Of a stretch of 64,000 bases of DNA, positions 36,834-46,942 are shown piece by piece. Below the pieces are notes generated by a model that made no database searches, was not told the DNA's origin, and saw only the letters and a program-made list of their open reading frames with translations. Made by a program: the position numbers and the translations under genes. Location: assembly GCA_016182295.1 (NCBI GenBank), contig JACOXP010000005.1:4926-68925 (forward strand). Direction: 5' to 3'. Numbering within the stretch: position 1 is the first letter of the stretch; every line of letters starts with the position of its first letter. Origin of the DNA: Candidatus Harrisonbacteria bacterium. Its GTDB lineage: Bacteria > Patescibacteriota > Minisyncoccia > UBA6257 > WO2-44-18.

Positions 36834-38073
36834 GATTTTTAATAAATAGTCGTAACATTACTCTGGTAACCGTAATCGCGCTGAACATGCTGATAAGAAC
36901 GCCGATTAAAAGCGCTAACGCGAATCCTCTCACGAAACTGGACGTCAAATAGTAAAGAATGACCGATGTGATAATAGTAGTGATGTTGGAATCGCGAATG
37001 GACGGCCAGGCGCGTTTGAATCCTTCCTCTAGGGAGGTCGCCAAACTAATGCCTTTCGCTATTTCTTCTTTGGAGCGAGCGAAAATCAAAATGTTGGCAT
37101 CCACCGCCATGCCAATCGACAATATAAATCCGGCTATTCCGGCCAAAGTCATCGTAATTCCAAAAAGCTTAAAAACAGAAACTGTAAAAATAACATAAAA
37201 GATTAAGGCCAAAGCGGCGACGTATCCCAAGCGGCGATAATAAATAATCATAAAAAGAATAATAGCCAGCGTTCCCAATGCTCCGGCAGTGATAGCTTTA
37301 TTCAAAGAGTCAGTCCCCAAAGTCGCGCCAATGGTCTGCTCGCTAATTATATGGATTGGGGCCGGAAGAGCGCCGGCATTAAGCAACTGGGCCAATCGCT
37401 TCGCTTCGTTAAAATCGAAACCGCCGGAAATTTGAGCGTTGCCACTGGGGATTTTTTCTTGCACTACCGGCATTGAAATTAATTCATCATCAAGAAAAAT
37501 AGCCAGGGGTTCGCCCACATTTTTTTCCGTAAGTTCGGAAAAAATCGCGCCGCCTTCGCTGTTAAATTGAATGGAAATAACCGGTTCGTTTGTGGTCGGA
37601 TTGGTTGTTACCACGGCGCGCTGGAGATATTTTCCAGTCAAAGTGGTCTTTTTAAAATCCAGTTGCGCCTCTTCTCCCTCACCGATCGCTTCAACTTCTC
37701 GAAAATCAAGCAAAGCCGTGCGGCCAATCAGGCGAATTGCTTCGGCGGTGTCTTTAATCCCAGCCAATTCCACTATGATTTGGTGGGAATCCCCCTGAAC
37801 AGCGGTAGTTACCCTGGGTTCGCTGACGCCGAAAACATTTACCCGCCTTTCCATCACGTCGCGCAGTCCGGCTAAAACAGAGTCCTGGTCCGCCGGAGCC
37901 ACTTCCGACATATCAACTTCATAAATTAAGTAGCTTCCACCCACCAGATCTAGGCCAAGACGCCAAGGCAAAACAATGCCACCAAGCCCTTTTGGATAAA
38001 CAAAAAACGCGGCTCCGACAAACAGGAAAGCAATTAGAAGAAAAAGAAGTAAATTTTTCGTTGCGGAATTCAT
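36826..38073 (-). CDS. secD: Protein translocase subunit SecD
   Basis: 415 aa; N-terminal TM, periplasmic domain, C-terminal six-TM bundle. Confidence 0.85.
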   Translation of the reverse strand: MNSATKNLLLFLLIAFLFVGAAFFVYPKGLGGIVLPWRLGLDLVGGSYLIYEVDMSEVAPADQDSVLAGLRDVMERRVNVFGVSEPRVTTAVQGDSHQIIVELAGIKDTAEAIRLIGRTALLDFREVEAIGEGEEAQLDFKKTTLTGKYLQRAVVTTNPTTNEPVISIQFNSEGGAIFSELTEKNVGEPLAIFLDDELISMPVVQEKIPSGNAQISGGFDFNEAKRLAQLLNAGALPAPIHIISEQTIGATLGTDSLNKAITAGALGTLAIILFMIIYYRRLGYVAALALIFYVIFTVSVFKLFGITMTLAGIAGFILSIGMAVDANILIFARSKEEIAKGISLATSLEEGFKRAWPSIRDSNITTIITSVILYYLTSSFVRGFALALLIGVLISMFSAITVTRVMLRLFIKNHA

Positions 38074-38140
38074 TAATGAATTACTGAAAAATTGCTTTTA
38101 ACTATAATATTAAAAAATGGTTTTGACAATGCGTATAAAA

Positions 38141-38172
38141 AAATGAGCCCCAAGTGGTTGTTACCACAAGGG
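38141..38172 (-). terminator. Intrinsic terminator downstream of the GC-rich islet (minus strand)
   Basis: gagcccc...ggggctc imperfect hairpin, followed on the minus strand by atttttttat. Confidence 0.45.
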
Positions 38173-38190
38173 GCTCGGTTGATGATGAGC

Positions 38191-38682
38191 TTAGCTCGCC
38201 ACACACTTATAGACGCAGAATGGCATGAGCGAGAGAATGAGCTCTCGCTTGCGCCATGCCTTGCGAGACCGAACCCGGTCTTGCGTGGAGTCGGAGCAGA
38301 ACCAGGAATCCTCCGGATACTGCTCGATTTCCTTACAGGCATGAATTTCGATTCCCGCTCCGGCTTCGCGAACGGCTTGCTGAACATCTCGCAGAGCGCG
38401 CCAAAGATGCGGTTTGGCGGCTACGACCCACAACTCGGTGAGTCCGTGTCGCTCCGCCCACCGAACGGTTCCTCGCGCGATGCGCAAAGTCGGCGGTGGA
38501 TTTCCGGGATCTTCTTGCGTGTACTCCACTTGAATACTTTGCTCGACGTGAATATCGAGCTGGGTGTACACCGGAGCATTTAACTCCTGCGCCTTCTTCG
38601 CAACGATTTCGGCGATACGCCGATTGGAGCGAATCGTCCACGGCGCTCCAAAAGCGAACGCGACAATACCCGGGATTTTCAA
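38191..38682 (-). CDS. Hypothetical Rossmann-like protein, possibly nucleoside 2-deoxyribosyltransferase-like; encoded in GC-rich foreign DNA
   Basis: 163 aa; the N-terminus IVAFAFGAPWTIRSNRRI resembles the FGAGWF.DRQN start of N-deoxyribosyltransferases (from memory). Local GC is about 55-60% versus about 40% in the flanks. Confidence 0.3.
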   Translation of the reverse strand: MKIPGIVAFAFGAPWTIRSNRRIAEIVAKKAQELNAPVYTQLDIHVEQSIQVEYTQEDPGNPPPTLRIARGTVRWAERHGLTELWVVAAKPHLWRALRDVQQAVREAGAGIEIHACKEIEQYPEDSWFCSDSTQDRVRSRKAWRKRELILSLMPFCVYKCVAS

Positions 38683-38883
38683 GCTTCACCTCCTAATGTA
38701 TTGGGTTAGAAAAGAGCCGATTCTTGACTGCCGAAATCGTAACATATATCCTCCATTTTGTAAAGGGATAACAAAAATTAAAAAAACCCGCCAGAGCTCC
38801 GAAAGGAGATGGCGGGTCAGTGATATCCGAGGTTCAGATCCCGAATCCAGGTTCGTCCCAGGCGTCGAAGATGTTTTTCCTCG

Positions 38884-39519
38884 TTATTGATTGGCGGGAT
38901 CACAGTTGTGACGCTCGATGTTGTGGCCGTTCTTATCAAATACTTCCGTAAACGACCCGCCATCGACTGAATAGCCGTAACCACCCTGATACCAGCCAAA
39001 AGTGGCGGAGACAGCCCCACACTGATTGCAGCGCTCCAACCGTTCCAAGATTGTCTGGGTATGATATTCTCTCGGGTCACCCTTGATAATTTTATCCACG
39101 GCTTGTTTAATCTCTGGTTCAAGCGTCGTGATTACCGGTACACATTCTGTGAAGGCGTTGTGCGCTTCGATGGCCTTGAGTTTTAGTACTCCTGCCGCTT
39201 CTTCTCCACAGTTGATGATCTCCATCTTTTGTACACGTGGAAGATGGAACACTGAACCGATTGTCTCACCGTGATACTTTTCAAGGCAAAACGCGGCGAT
39301 CTCCGCGCGATAGGCAAGGGATTCTTCCGTATCTCCCGCGAGCAAGCCCCATGCCTTACCTTGATCCTCAACTCGTTTGGCGTTTCTCGCATAACGACGT
39401 TCGTCGCCGCGAAGTCGTTCTGCCTCGATGAGTAGTGCTTCGAATCTTTTGTCCATTGCGACCCCCTTTTCAATTGTTTTGGTGCTGATTTTGGCGAGCG
39501 AATCAGGTGAAAAACCCAA
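38884..39519 (-). CDS. Hypothetical Cys-containing protein encoded in GC-rich foreign DNA
   Basis: 211 aa; five Cys including CNQCG and HNCDP; no recognisable family; same high-GC codon usage as its neighbour. Confidence 0.3.
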   Translation of the reverse strand: MGFSPDSLAKISTKTIEKGVAMDKRFEALLIEAERLRGDERRYARNAKRVEDQGKAWGLLAGDTEESLAYRAEIAAFCLEKYHGETIGSVFHLPRVQKMEIINCGEEAAGVLKLKAIEAHNAFTECVPVITTLEPEIKQAVDKIIKGDPREYHTQTILERLERCNQCGAVSATFGWYQGGYGYSVDGGSFTEVFDKNGHNIERHNCDPANQ

Positions 39520-39602
39520 TCCTACTAACTCGTCAAATCCGCACTGATATTACACGAATAAACTCCTTTGTCAAGCGAAAACGGAAATCGAAAGTCAGAT
39601 TT

Positions 39603-39676
39603 TGGTGCCCCCACATGGAATCGAACCATGGTCAACTGCTTAAAAGGCAGCTGCTTTACCATTAAGCTATGGGGGC
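39603..39676 (-). tRNA. tRNA-Lys (anticodon TTT), CCA encoded
   Basis: Minus strand gccccca/tgggggc acceptor, anticodon stem gctgc/gcagt with loop ctTTTaa, T-arm catgg-ttcgatt-ccatg, 3' acca. Confidence 0.85.
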
Positions 39677-39722
39677 GTCTTTCGCTTATTTTAATACAAA
39701 ACCCCCGCTTTGACAAATTACT

Positions 39723-40820
39723 TTATTCTATTTCCCGCTCAAGATCCTCTAAAATTTTTTTGGCTTTGGCGTTGAGTCTTTTGGGAGCGCGGACCTCCCA
39801 TTCAACATAAAGATCGCCGCGGCCGCGGCCTCCGAACTTAGTCATTCCTTCTCCGGAAATTTTTACGCGTTCCCGCAAATCCACTCCCGCCGGAATCACC
39901 ATAAAAACTTTATTGCCGCTGATAGTCGGTATTTCAATTTTTTTCTCCAATAACACATCCAACAAGTCAATCTCTTTTTTTACAAAAAGGTCGTCATTAA
40001 ATCGTTTAAAAATTTTATGATCGGCTATTTTTATCCTAAGATAAAGGTCGCCTGGCTCCGCTCCCCGCTCTCCGGCATCTCCCGCTTTGGGAATTTTAAT
40101 AAGTTGATCATTGGCTACTCCGGGAGCGATTGTTATTTTAATTTCTTTGGAAACCTTTACTCTTCCGGTTCCGGAACACTCTCGGCAGGGTTTTTTGGGA
40201 ATTTGACCGCTACCCGAACATTTCGGGCAAGTTTTTACCTGGGAAATATTTCCGAAAAAAGTGCTTCGGGATTCCCGAATTTCCCCCCGCCCGCTGCAAG
40301 TCGAGCATTCGCTGACGCCTTCAGAAGCAAAATACCCCAGGCCGGAGCATTGGCCGCAGGAAGTAAAAACTTTAACTTTAATATTTCGATCAATGCCGCG
40401 AAAAGCTTCCTCAAAAGTAATTTCTTCAACAACCTCTAAATCAGAACCGCGATTATAACTTTTTCGTTTTCTGACTCCCAATCCCTCAAAAAACGCGTCG
40501 AAAATATCGCTGATATTGCCAAGATCCTCCGCGTTGCTCGGATCGAAGCCAAAACCAAACTCAAAATTTCCGAAGGGGTTATCCCCGCCGGGAGAAGGTC
40601 CGCCTCCGGCGGAAAAAACCCGCCCAAAGCGGTCGTATTGCGATCGTTTTTCTTTATTGGAGAGGACCTGATAGGCCTCGTTAATTTCTTTAAATTTTTC
40701 AGAATTTCCACCGGCTTTGTCCGGATGATGTTGGTGAGCCAATTTACGGTAAGCTCGCTTGATGTCGTCTTCCGTAGCGCCCTTACCGACACCAAGAATT
40801 TGGTAATAATCTTTAGGCAT
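39723..40820 (-). CDS. dnaJ: Chaperone DnaJ
   Basis: J-domain YYQILGV...HPDK, G/F region, four CxxCxGxG zinc-finger repeats. Confidence 0.9.
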   Translation of the reverse strand: MPKDYYQILGVGKGATEDDIKRAYRKLAHQHHPDKAGGNSEKFKEINEAYQVLSNKEKRSQYDRFGRVFSAGGGPSPGGDNPFGNFEFGFGFDPSNAEDLGNISDIFDAFFEGLGVRKRKSYNRGSDLEVVEEITFEEAFRGIDRNIKVKVFTSCGQCSGLGYFASEGVSECSTCSGRGEIRESRSTFFGNISQVKTCPKCSGSGQIPKKPCRECSGTGRVKVSKEIKITIAPGVANDQLIKIPKAGDAGERGAEPGDLYLRIKIADHKIFKRFNDDLFVKKEIDLLDVLLEKKIEIPTISGNKVFMVIPAGVDLRERVKISGEGMTKFGGRGRGDLYVEWEVRAPKRLNAKAKKILEDLEREIE

Positions 40821-40835
40821 TATCTAAATATTTTT

Positions 40836-41759
40836 TTACTCTAATACTATAACAGTTTTGCTCTTACTCTGCAATTCAATCCGGCAAAAATTCATTGCCA
40901 ACAGTAATTGATAGAGCAGAACCGCCAGAGCGATTGCCAACCAATTAATAATAATTAACAAAAATTTAGCCATTAAGAAAATCAAAAACCCAACGCCTAT
41001 TAAAGTCAGATTTCTCGCAAAAGGCGTTAAGGCAAGCAATCTTCCGACAGTGGCGCGGTAAAAAATATCCAATAAACTATCGCTGGTTTTCGCGGGTACA
41101 CCGGTCAAGTTTCCAAAAACTTCGCTAAGACGCGAGGCCGATTCCGAAATAAATTCATTTTTAGTGGCTTGCGAAGCGTTAGCCAGCTCTTCTGGAAGAA
41201 GCGCCGCGGCAATTTCAGTTATTGATTTTTGAATTGAAAACCCGGGAATATAACCGGCCGCGATTGGCTCCGCCGGTTTAATTATTATGGAAAGAGTTTC
41301 TTTGACTGACGTTGGATCGCTTAAATTAAAAGACCCGAGATAGGCGATGATCGCGAAAAGAGCAATTGCGGAAGAAGCGGGACCTAAAATAGCGAGACCA
41401 GTTTTGGTAAATTTTATTTCCAAACTATTTTTTAACTCAAGACGGCCTCGATAATATCCCCACAAAAGAAGAATCGAAAAAATGCTCATAGCGGTTATGG
41501 AAACTGTTGAAAATGGCGCGCCCGAGGAAACACCCACCGCTATAGCGGAAAAGATAATAATTAAAAATTTCGGAAAGAAAATATCCAATAATAAAGTTTG
41601 AATAAGAAAAATACTTAGAAATAAAGCTCCGGCCAAAGCCAAAAATATTAAAGAAATTAAACTGCCGTCAGCGACAAAGTTCCTAAAAGCTAATCCAAAA
41701 ATAATCGCGGCGATTATCGAAACCGCTCCCAAAATGATTGTTTTAAGGTCTCGGCTCAT
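40836..41759 (-). CDS. Polytopic membrane protein (hypothetical), inserted between dnaK and dnaJ
   Basis: About 307 aa from the internal Met ([13 protein letters not shown]...). The longer six-frame ORF would overlap the dnaK 3' end by about 100 nt. Confidence 0.4.
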   Translation of the reverse strand: MSRDLKTIILGAVSIIAAIIFGLAFRNFVADGSLISLIFLALAGALFLSIFLIQTLLLDIFFPKFLIIIFSAIAVGVSSGAPFSTVSITAMSIFSILLLWGYYRGRLELKNSLEIKFTKTGLAILGPASSAIALFAIIAYLGSFNLSDPTSVKETLSIIIKPAEPIAAGYIPGFSIQKSITEIAAALLPEELANASQATKNEFISESASRLSEVFGNLTGVPAKTSDSLLDIFYRATVGRLLALTPFARNLTLIGVGFLIFLMAKFLLIIINWLAIALAVLLYQLLLAMNFCRIELQSKSKTVIVLE

Positions 41760-43587
41760 TATTATTTTTGTGCATGGTCTGGCCGATTTTTTGGATCTCT
41801 GCTGATAAATCGGCCGCGGCGGCGCGAATCGCCGCCAAATCCGCTCCATCTTTTACCGCTTTAAGAGCTTCGATTTTTTTAGTAACCGTTTCTTTTACGT
41901 CGGCAGGCGCTTTATCACCAGCGTCCTTCAAAGATTTTTCCGAAACGTAAACAAGATTTTCGGCGTTGTTTCGCGCTTCCGCGAGATCTTTCTTCTGCTT
42001 GTCTTCGTTGGCGAATTTTGCCGCCTCGGATTTTAAGCGCTCAATTTCTTCTTTAGACAAAGAGGTGGTAGCCTCGATTTTAACCGATTGTGACTTTCCG
42101 GTAGTTTTGTCTTTGGCGGAAACATTAAGAATGCCGTTAGCGTCAATATCGAAAGTAACCTCAACCTGCGGCGTTCCCCGCGGAGCCGGCGGAATGCCGT
42201 CTAAAATGAAACGAGCGAGGGTTTTATTATCAGTCGCCATTGGGCGCTCACCTTGCAAAATATGAATTTCCACAGATGGCTGATTGTCTGAAGCGGTGGA
42301 AAAAACTTGGCTTTTAGCGGTGGGGACGGTGGTGTTTTTTTCGATAATTTTAGTGAAAACACCGCCGAGAGTTTCAAGACCGAGAGAAAGCGGGGTTACG
42401 TCCAGCAAAAGCACGTCTTTGACGTCTCCCTGGAGAATACCCGCCTGAATCGCCGCTCCCATCGCTACCACTTCGTCCGGGTTTAGGTTTTTATGAGGTT
42501 CTTTGCCGAAATACTTTTTTACCGCTTCTTGAATCGCCGGCATCCTGGTTTGACCGCCAACTAATACAATTTCGTTAATGTCAGAAGGAGGGAACTTTGC
42601 TTCTCGAATTGTTTGGCCAAGAATTTCGACGGACCGATCTATTAACTCGCGCACTAATTCTTCAAGCTTCGCTCGGGAAAGTTTCATCAGAAAATGTTTG
42701 GGACCAGAAGCGTCGGAACTGACATAGGGCAGGTTTATCTCGGTTTCAAAAGCGCCGGAAAGTTCGTGCTTCGCCTTTTCCGCCGCCTCCTTCAAGCGTT
42801 GAAGCGCCAAAGGGTCTTTGGCAAGATCAATCCCCGACTCTTTTTTATATTCGTTAACCAGATATTCAATAATTTTTTTATCAAAATCATCGCCGCCAAG
42901 ATGAGTATCGCCGCCGGTGGCTTTAACTTCTACCGTGTCGTCCCCAACTTCCAAGACGGAAACGTCAAACGTGCCTCCGCCAAGATCATAGACAACGATT
43001 CGCTCATCCTTCTTTTTATTTAGTCCGTAGGCAAGCGCGGCCGCTGTTGGCTCGTTTAAAATGCGGCGCACTTTAAGACCGGCGATTTCACCGGCGTTTT
43101 TAGTCGCCTGCCGCTGGCTGTCGTCAAAATAAGCCGGCACGGTAATGACCGCTTCCTCAATCTTTTCTCCTAATTTTGCCTCGGCGTCCGCTTTTAGCTT
43201 AGCTAAAACCATTGCTGAAATTTCTTCCGGCTTGTACCAGCGAGCTTGCCCTGAGCTCGTCGAGGGGTCTCCCATTTTCACTTCTACCCCGCCGCTTTCG
43301 GCCGCGCGGATTTCGTAAGGAAGCCAATTCTTATCGTGCTGAACTTCCGGATCGGTAAATTTCCGGCCAATCAAACGCTTCACGGAAAAAATGGTGTTCT
43401 TGGGATTTGTTATCGCCTGACGTTTCGCCAGAAGACCGACTAACCGCTCACCGGACTTGCTGATTGCCGCTATCGAAGGCGTAACTCTGGATCCTTCGGC
43501 GTTTTCTAAAATGCGAGGCCCGCCCGTTTCCGTAACGGCCATTTCTGAATATGTAGTTCCTAAATCTATGCCAATTATTTTGCTCAT
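41743..43587 (-). CDS. dnaK: Chaperone DnaK (Hsp70)
   Basis: 614 aa; [28 protein letters not shown] signatures. Confidence 0.95.
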   Translation of the reverse strand: MSKIIGIDLGTTYSEMAVTETGGPRILENAEGSRVTPSIAAISKSGERLVGLLAKRQAITNPKNTIFSVKRLIGRKFTDPEVQHDKNWLPYEIRAAESGGVEVKMGDPSTSSGQARWYKPEEISAMVLAKLKADAEAKLGEKIEEAVITVPAYFDDSQRQATKNAGEIAGLKVRRILNEPTAAALAYGLNKKKDERIVVYDLGGGTFDVSVLEVGDDTVEVKATGGDTHLGGDDFDKKIIEYLVNEYKKESGIDLAKDPLALQRLKEAAEKAKHELSGAFETEINLPYVSSDASGPKHFLMKLSRAKLEELVRELIDRSVEILGQTIREAKFPPSDINEIVLVGGQTRMPAIQEAVKKYFGKEPHKNLNPDEVVAMGAAIQAGILQGDVKDVLLLDVTPLSLGLETLGGVFTKIIEKNTTVPTAKSQVFSTASDNQPSVEIHILQGERPMATDNKTLARFILDGIPPAPRGTPQVEVTFDIDANGILNVSAKDKTTGKSQSVKIEATTSLSKEEIERLKSEAAKFANEDKQKKDLAEARNNAENLVYVSEKSLKDAGDKAPADVKETVTKKIEALKAVKDGADLAAIRAAAADLSAEIQKIGQTMHKNNNEPRP

Positions 43588-43596
43588 TGCGTTTTT

Positions 43597-44061
43597 TTAT
43601 AAATTTTTAACTTTTGACCCTTTAGATATTTTAACACGACTTGGTCTTAAAACTCTTCCATTCAAGGCGTAACCAGCCAAAACTTCTTCTAAAATAACGT
43701 TTTGGGGCTGATCCGATTCAATCTCCTCAACGGATTCATGGTAAAGAGGGTCGAAGGTTTGGCCTTCGGAAATGGTAATTTTTTCTAAACCCTGCTTTTT
43801 CAAAATTCCTTCCAGCTGACTCTTAATCGCTAAAATACCAGCATCCTTGTTAGTTTTTTCAAACTCCGCCCAACTATCTAAAACCGGCAGAAATTCCAGT
43901 AAAAGGCCGGCGTTGGCGAATTTAACAAACTCCTCCAGACGTCTATTCTCGTCTTTTTGGTAGTTAATGAAATCCGCCTTCGCTCTTTTGAGTTCGTTAA
44001 GGTATTTGTCAGCAAGATTTTCTTCTGCCATTGAAGAATATTTTAAAAACTTTTTATACAA
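43597..44061 (-). CDS. grpE: Nucleotide exchange factor GrpE
   Basis: 154 aa; position upstream of dnaK; coiled-coil N-terminus and C-terminal beta domain. Confidence 0.8.
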   Translation of the reverse strand: MYKKFLKYSSMAEENLADKYLNELKRAKADFINYQKDENRRLEEFVKFANAGLLLEFLPVLDSWAEFEKTNKDAGILAIKSQLEGILKKQGLEKITISEGQTFDPLYHESVEEIESDQPQNVILEEVLAGYALNGRVLRPSRVKISKGSKVKNL

Positions 44062-44098
44062 TTGTCAACGACGACGCTTTCCGGTCTCTCGGACAACT

Positions 44099-44123
44099 AA
44101 AAAGCCCCACTAACGTGTGGGGC
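44099..44123 (-). terminator. Intrinsic terminator after the beta-rich secreted protein gene (minus strand)
   Basis: gccccac-loop-gtggggc hairpin with a T-run on the minus strand (A-run 44099-44103 on plus). Confidence 0.5.
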
Positions 44124-44141
44124 GGACGTGGAGTCCATCGG

Positions 44142-44930
44142 CTATTTCAAGCTAATGGATAATCCAATGCCGATCATCAATCGGCTTTCTTCCTCAACCT
44201 GCTGGTAGTAATTCAGAGTTGAAAGAAGAGCAACTTGATTCCAAAGCGGATAGGTTGCTTCCGCGCGGAGGCCAAGGCGGCGATTTTCTGAACTTATTTG
44301 GACATACGGCTCCAGATCCAGTCGGAAATCCCCGCACCTGAATTTAGCTTCACAGCTAAATTCATAATTGGCCGTGTCTTCCCCCCCGATAAAATAACCT
44401 CGGGGGAAATACCGATCTTTGACCTCGATTGGATCAGTGTTGTTTAAAAACAATTTTGATCCGAAAGCAAGATCGATACCGAATTTCTCAACGCCAAGCT
44501 TTGCGCAACGCCACTCCGCGAAGAGCCAGTCCTGAAATCGGCCATTTTCGCCCTTGGTCATCAGATCGTCAGCCGGCGTCCGTTTGTCGGCGTTATGCCA
44601 GCTGTGATGACCCAAGCCGACTGACCAAGTTTCGATAACCGCCAGATCGAGAATGGCAAACGCGCCGGCGCGGGATACCTTGTTGTCATTCGACGCCCAA
44701 ATATAAGGTTCCAGATTGAGCTTCAGCCAATCCGTGAACTTCACATCGGCATCGAGCGCGACTCGGTAATCCGCCGACTCATCGTGATTTTTGTAAACTA
44801 ACCGGATATATTCCGGTTCGTTGTTTATCACGAAGCGTTCGATTTTCAAATCGCCGGAGATTTTCCAGTCCTGAGCGCGGGCAACGGCCGAGAAAAGAAA
44901 GCAGAAAAAAACCACCGGTAAGTTTCGCAT
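44142..44930 (-). CDS. Secreted beta-strand-rich protein (porin/beta-barrel-like), hypothetical
   Basis: 262 aa; cleavable-looking signal peptide (VFFCFLFSAVARAQD); alternating hydrophobic patterns and many Tyr/Trp/Gly; GC above the local average. Confidence 0.35.
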   Translation of the reverse strand: MRNLPVVFFCFLFSAVARAQDWKISGDLKIERFVINNEPEYIRLVYKNHDESADYRVALDADVKFTDWLKLNLEPYIWASNDNKVSRAGAFAILDLAVIETWSVGLGHHSWHNADKRTPADDLMTKGENGRFQDWLFAEWRCAKLGVEKFGIDLAFGSKLFLNNTDPIEVKDRYFPRGYFIGGEDTANYEFSCEAKFRCGDFRLDLEPYVQISSENRRLGLRAEATYPLWNQVALLSTLNYYQQVEEESRLMIGIGLSISLK

Positions 44931-44999
44931 TTTCCATCTCCTTATTAAAAATGTTTAAGGTACTGGCAAACTGTACCTTATTTTTGCTAAAAAGTCAAG

Positions 45000-45893
45000 T
45001 TAATCCCCAAAGTCAGCGCAGAGGACCCTAATACTGGGCGTAGCGGTTGAGCAACCTACACTATTTCCAGTATTTACTCCAGTACCTGACCATCCGCCAA
45101 GACAGATAGCGGTAAGAGAAAGCGCTTGACAAGCCGCCGTTCCGCCTTGACCAAGACCGGCCGATGATCCTACATTAGTAAAAATTGAAACTGATCCATT
45201 AACACCACTGATTTTTCTGACAACTAATTGATTAGCTCCGTTTCCGGCAATTTCCAACGCGCCAATCATTGGAGTTACGCTGACCGGGCCAATACCTATA
45301 AAACCGGAGCTAGTTATTGTAAATGGTAACAATCCGTTGCTACCGAACTGCACCTTTCCCGCTTCTAGATTAACAATTTTGGTGTCATTTCTTTCCTGAA
45401 GTATTCTTAAACCATCATTACCGGTAGAACCGGATATGGTATTTGTAACTCTTACTCCAGCCGTATCGCTATCCGTAGAATTTATTGTTAGTTTATCCGT
45501 GGGCAACCCCCCAATTCCTACACTAGCCCCATCTACAGTTAACGCGTCATCGCCCATTAATATAATACGGGCATCATAATCAGAAGAATTATCGTTGCTA
45601 AAATCTACATAAGGAGTACCGCCGGAACCGCCTAGCTCAATGGACGCTCCCTGATCTATTTTTAAACTACCTCGAGTGCCCCATCGTGTGTCTCCGCCAA
45701 CATGAAGTTTGGCATCCGGGATAGCAATTCCGATTCCAACATTACCCGCGGAAACTGTAATTGCTCCGGATCCTCCGGGTGGATTCTGGTTGGGATTCGT
45801 CCATCCAAAAACAAGATCCGTTATCAGCCAACCGGCAAAAAACAAAGCTACGATGTTTGTCCAGAAAAGAGGTTTTTTAATCAGATTTGTCAT
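45000..45893 (-). CDS. Membrane-anchored Gly/Ser/Thr-rich fibre-like surface protein (paralog A)
   Basis: 297 aa; N-terminal anchor KKPLFWTNIVALFFAGWLI; repeated motif GNVGIGIAIPDAKLHVGG reminiscent of tail-fibre/beta-helix repeats. Confidence 0.4.
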   Translation of the reverse strand: MTNLIKKPLFWTNIVALFFAGWLITDLVFGWTNPNQNPPGGSGAITVSAGNVGIGIAIPDAKLHVGGDTRWGTRGSLKIDQGASIELGGSGGTPYVDFSNDNSSDYDARIILMGDDALTVDGASVGIGGLPTDKLTINSTDSDTAGVRVTNTISGSTGNDGLRILQERNDTKIVNLEAGKVQFGSNGLLPFTITSSGFIGIGPVSVTPMIGALEIAGNGANQLVVRKISGVNGSVSIFTNVGSSAGLGQGGTAACQALSLTAICLGGWSGTGVNTGNSVGCSTATPSIRVLCADFGD

Positions 45894-45905
45894 AAGTTAA
45901 TTAAA

Positions 45906-46904
45906 TTAATTACAGAACACAAAACTTCCTGGCCCGCCAGGACCAACAAACCACTGATTTGACGTCAACTCACTAGAAGAATCCTCCTGTAGTATGGTAA
46001 CAGCACTAGTTGAACGCATAAGTATTGCGACGCCATCACTTGAACCATTTACACCAAAGTCAATAAAGTCTCCAAAAGAATCAGGTTCGCTTGCCCAGCC
46101 CACAACACGATTATCCGAGGAACGTTGGTATATGTTAGCCATCGCATACCCCGTGCCGGTATTGGGTACAAACACCGCTGTACAAATAGAATCTAAACAT
46201 TGAGAAGGGACAGCAACAGCGCTATTAGCAGCGGCCGCAACAATCACGCACGCTGAAGTATTATCAACACCGTCAGATATTCCTGGTGGAACATTTTTTA
46301 ACCTTGTCCACTCGAGAGGGTTACTTACCAAGTTGATTGTGCCCGGAGTATTAATTGAAACGCCTTGGCGCCACAGATCTCCGGCGTTAATATTACCAGT
46401 AACATCAAGCTTTGTCCCAGGAGCAGTGTTGCCAATTCCCACATTAGTTCCATTATCGAAAATTTGAGAATTCCCAAGGGTGGTGGCGGCAGTAAATTTG
46501 GAAATGAAATTCGTCGTGCCGCTGCCGCCAATAGCGCCTCCGCTTGGGGAGGCGCAATCTAGAGAAGAAGAATTAAGGCCCGTAACAAACTGGCCGCCAG
46601 CGCAGTCGGACGGCAAACTAGTCAAACGTGGCCATGGCACAGAACCGGCAACCAGGGCTCCGGTCCAACTAACGTTCCCGCTAATTTTTAACTTCGCGGA
46701 CGCGTCCGGTAAAGCCCCGATTCCTACATTACGGCTAGCGTCTACGGTAATAGCGGCGGATCCGTCCGGCGGTGGTACTACCGGATTGTTCCACCCCAAA
46801 ACTAAACTTGCTATCAGCCAACCGGCAAAAACCAAAGCAAAAATATTTGTCCAAAAAAGCGGTTTTTTTAATAACTGAATCATACTATAATCAAAGTATA
46901 GCAA
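45906..46904 (-). CDS. Membrane-anchored fibre-like surface protein (paralog B)
   Basis: 332 aa; same N-terminal anchor motif and NVGIGNTAPGTKLDV repeat; C-terminal part Cys-containing and divergent from paralog A. Confidence 0.4.
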   Translation of the reverse strand: MLYFDYSMIQLLKKPLFWTNIFALVFAGWLIASLVLGWNNPVVPPPDGSAAITVDASRNVGIGALPDASAKLKISGNVSWTGALVAGSVPWPRLTSLPSDCAGGQFVTGLNSSSLDCASPSGGAIGGSGTTNFISKFTAATTLGNSQIFDNGTNVGIGNTAPGTKLDVTGNINAGDLWRQGVSINTPGTINLVSNPLEWTRLKNVPPGISDGVDNTSACVIVAAAANSAVAVPSQCLDSICTAVFVPNTGTGYAMANIYQRSSDNRVVGWASEPDSFGDFIDFGVNGSSDGVAILMRSTSAVTILQEDSSSELTSNQWFVGPGGPGSFVFCN

Positions 46905-46942
46905 TTCTAGATTCTAGTTTCTAGTTTCTGGGTTTTGCTGGT

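Noticed and set aside
44062-44141. CIRCE/HrcA operator upstream of the grpE-dnaK operon
   Set aside because: No TTAGCACTC-N9-GAGTGCTAA-like inverted repeat is present in the region upstream of grpE.
44142-46904. Diversity-generating retroelement targeting the fibre-like surface paralogs
   Set aside because: No reverse transcriptase gene and no template/variable repeat pair could be found in the window. Paralog similarity is confined to the N-terminal anchor.
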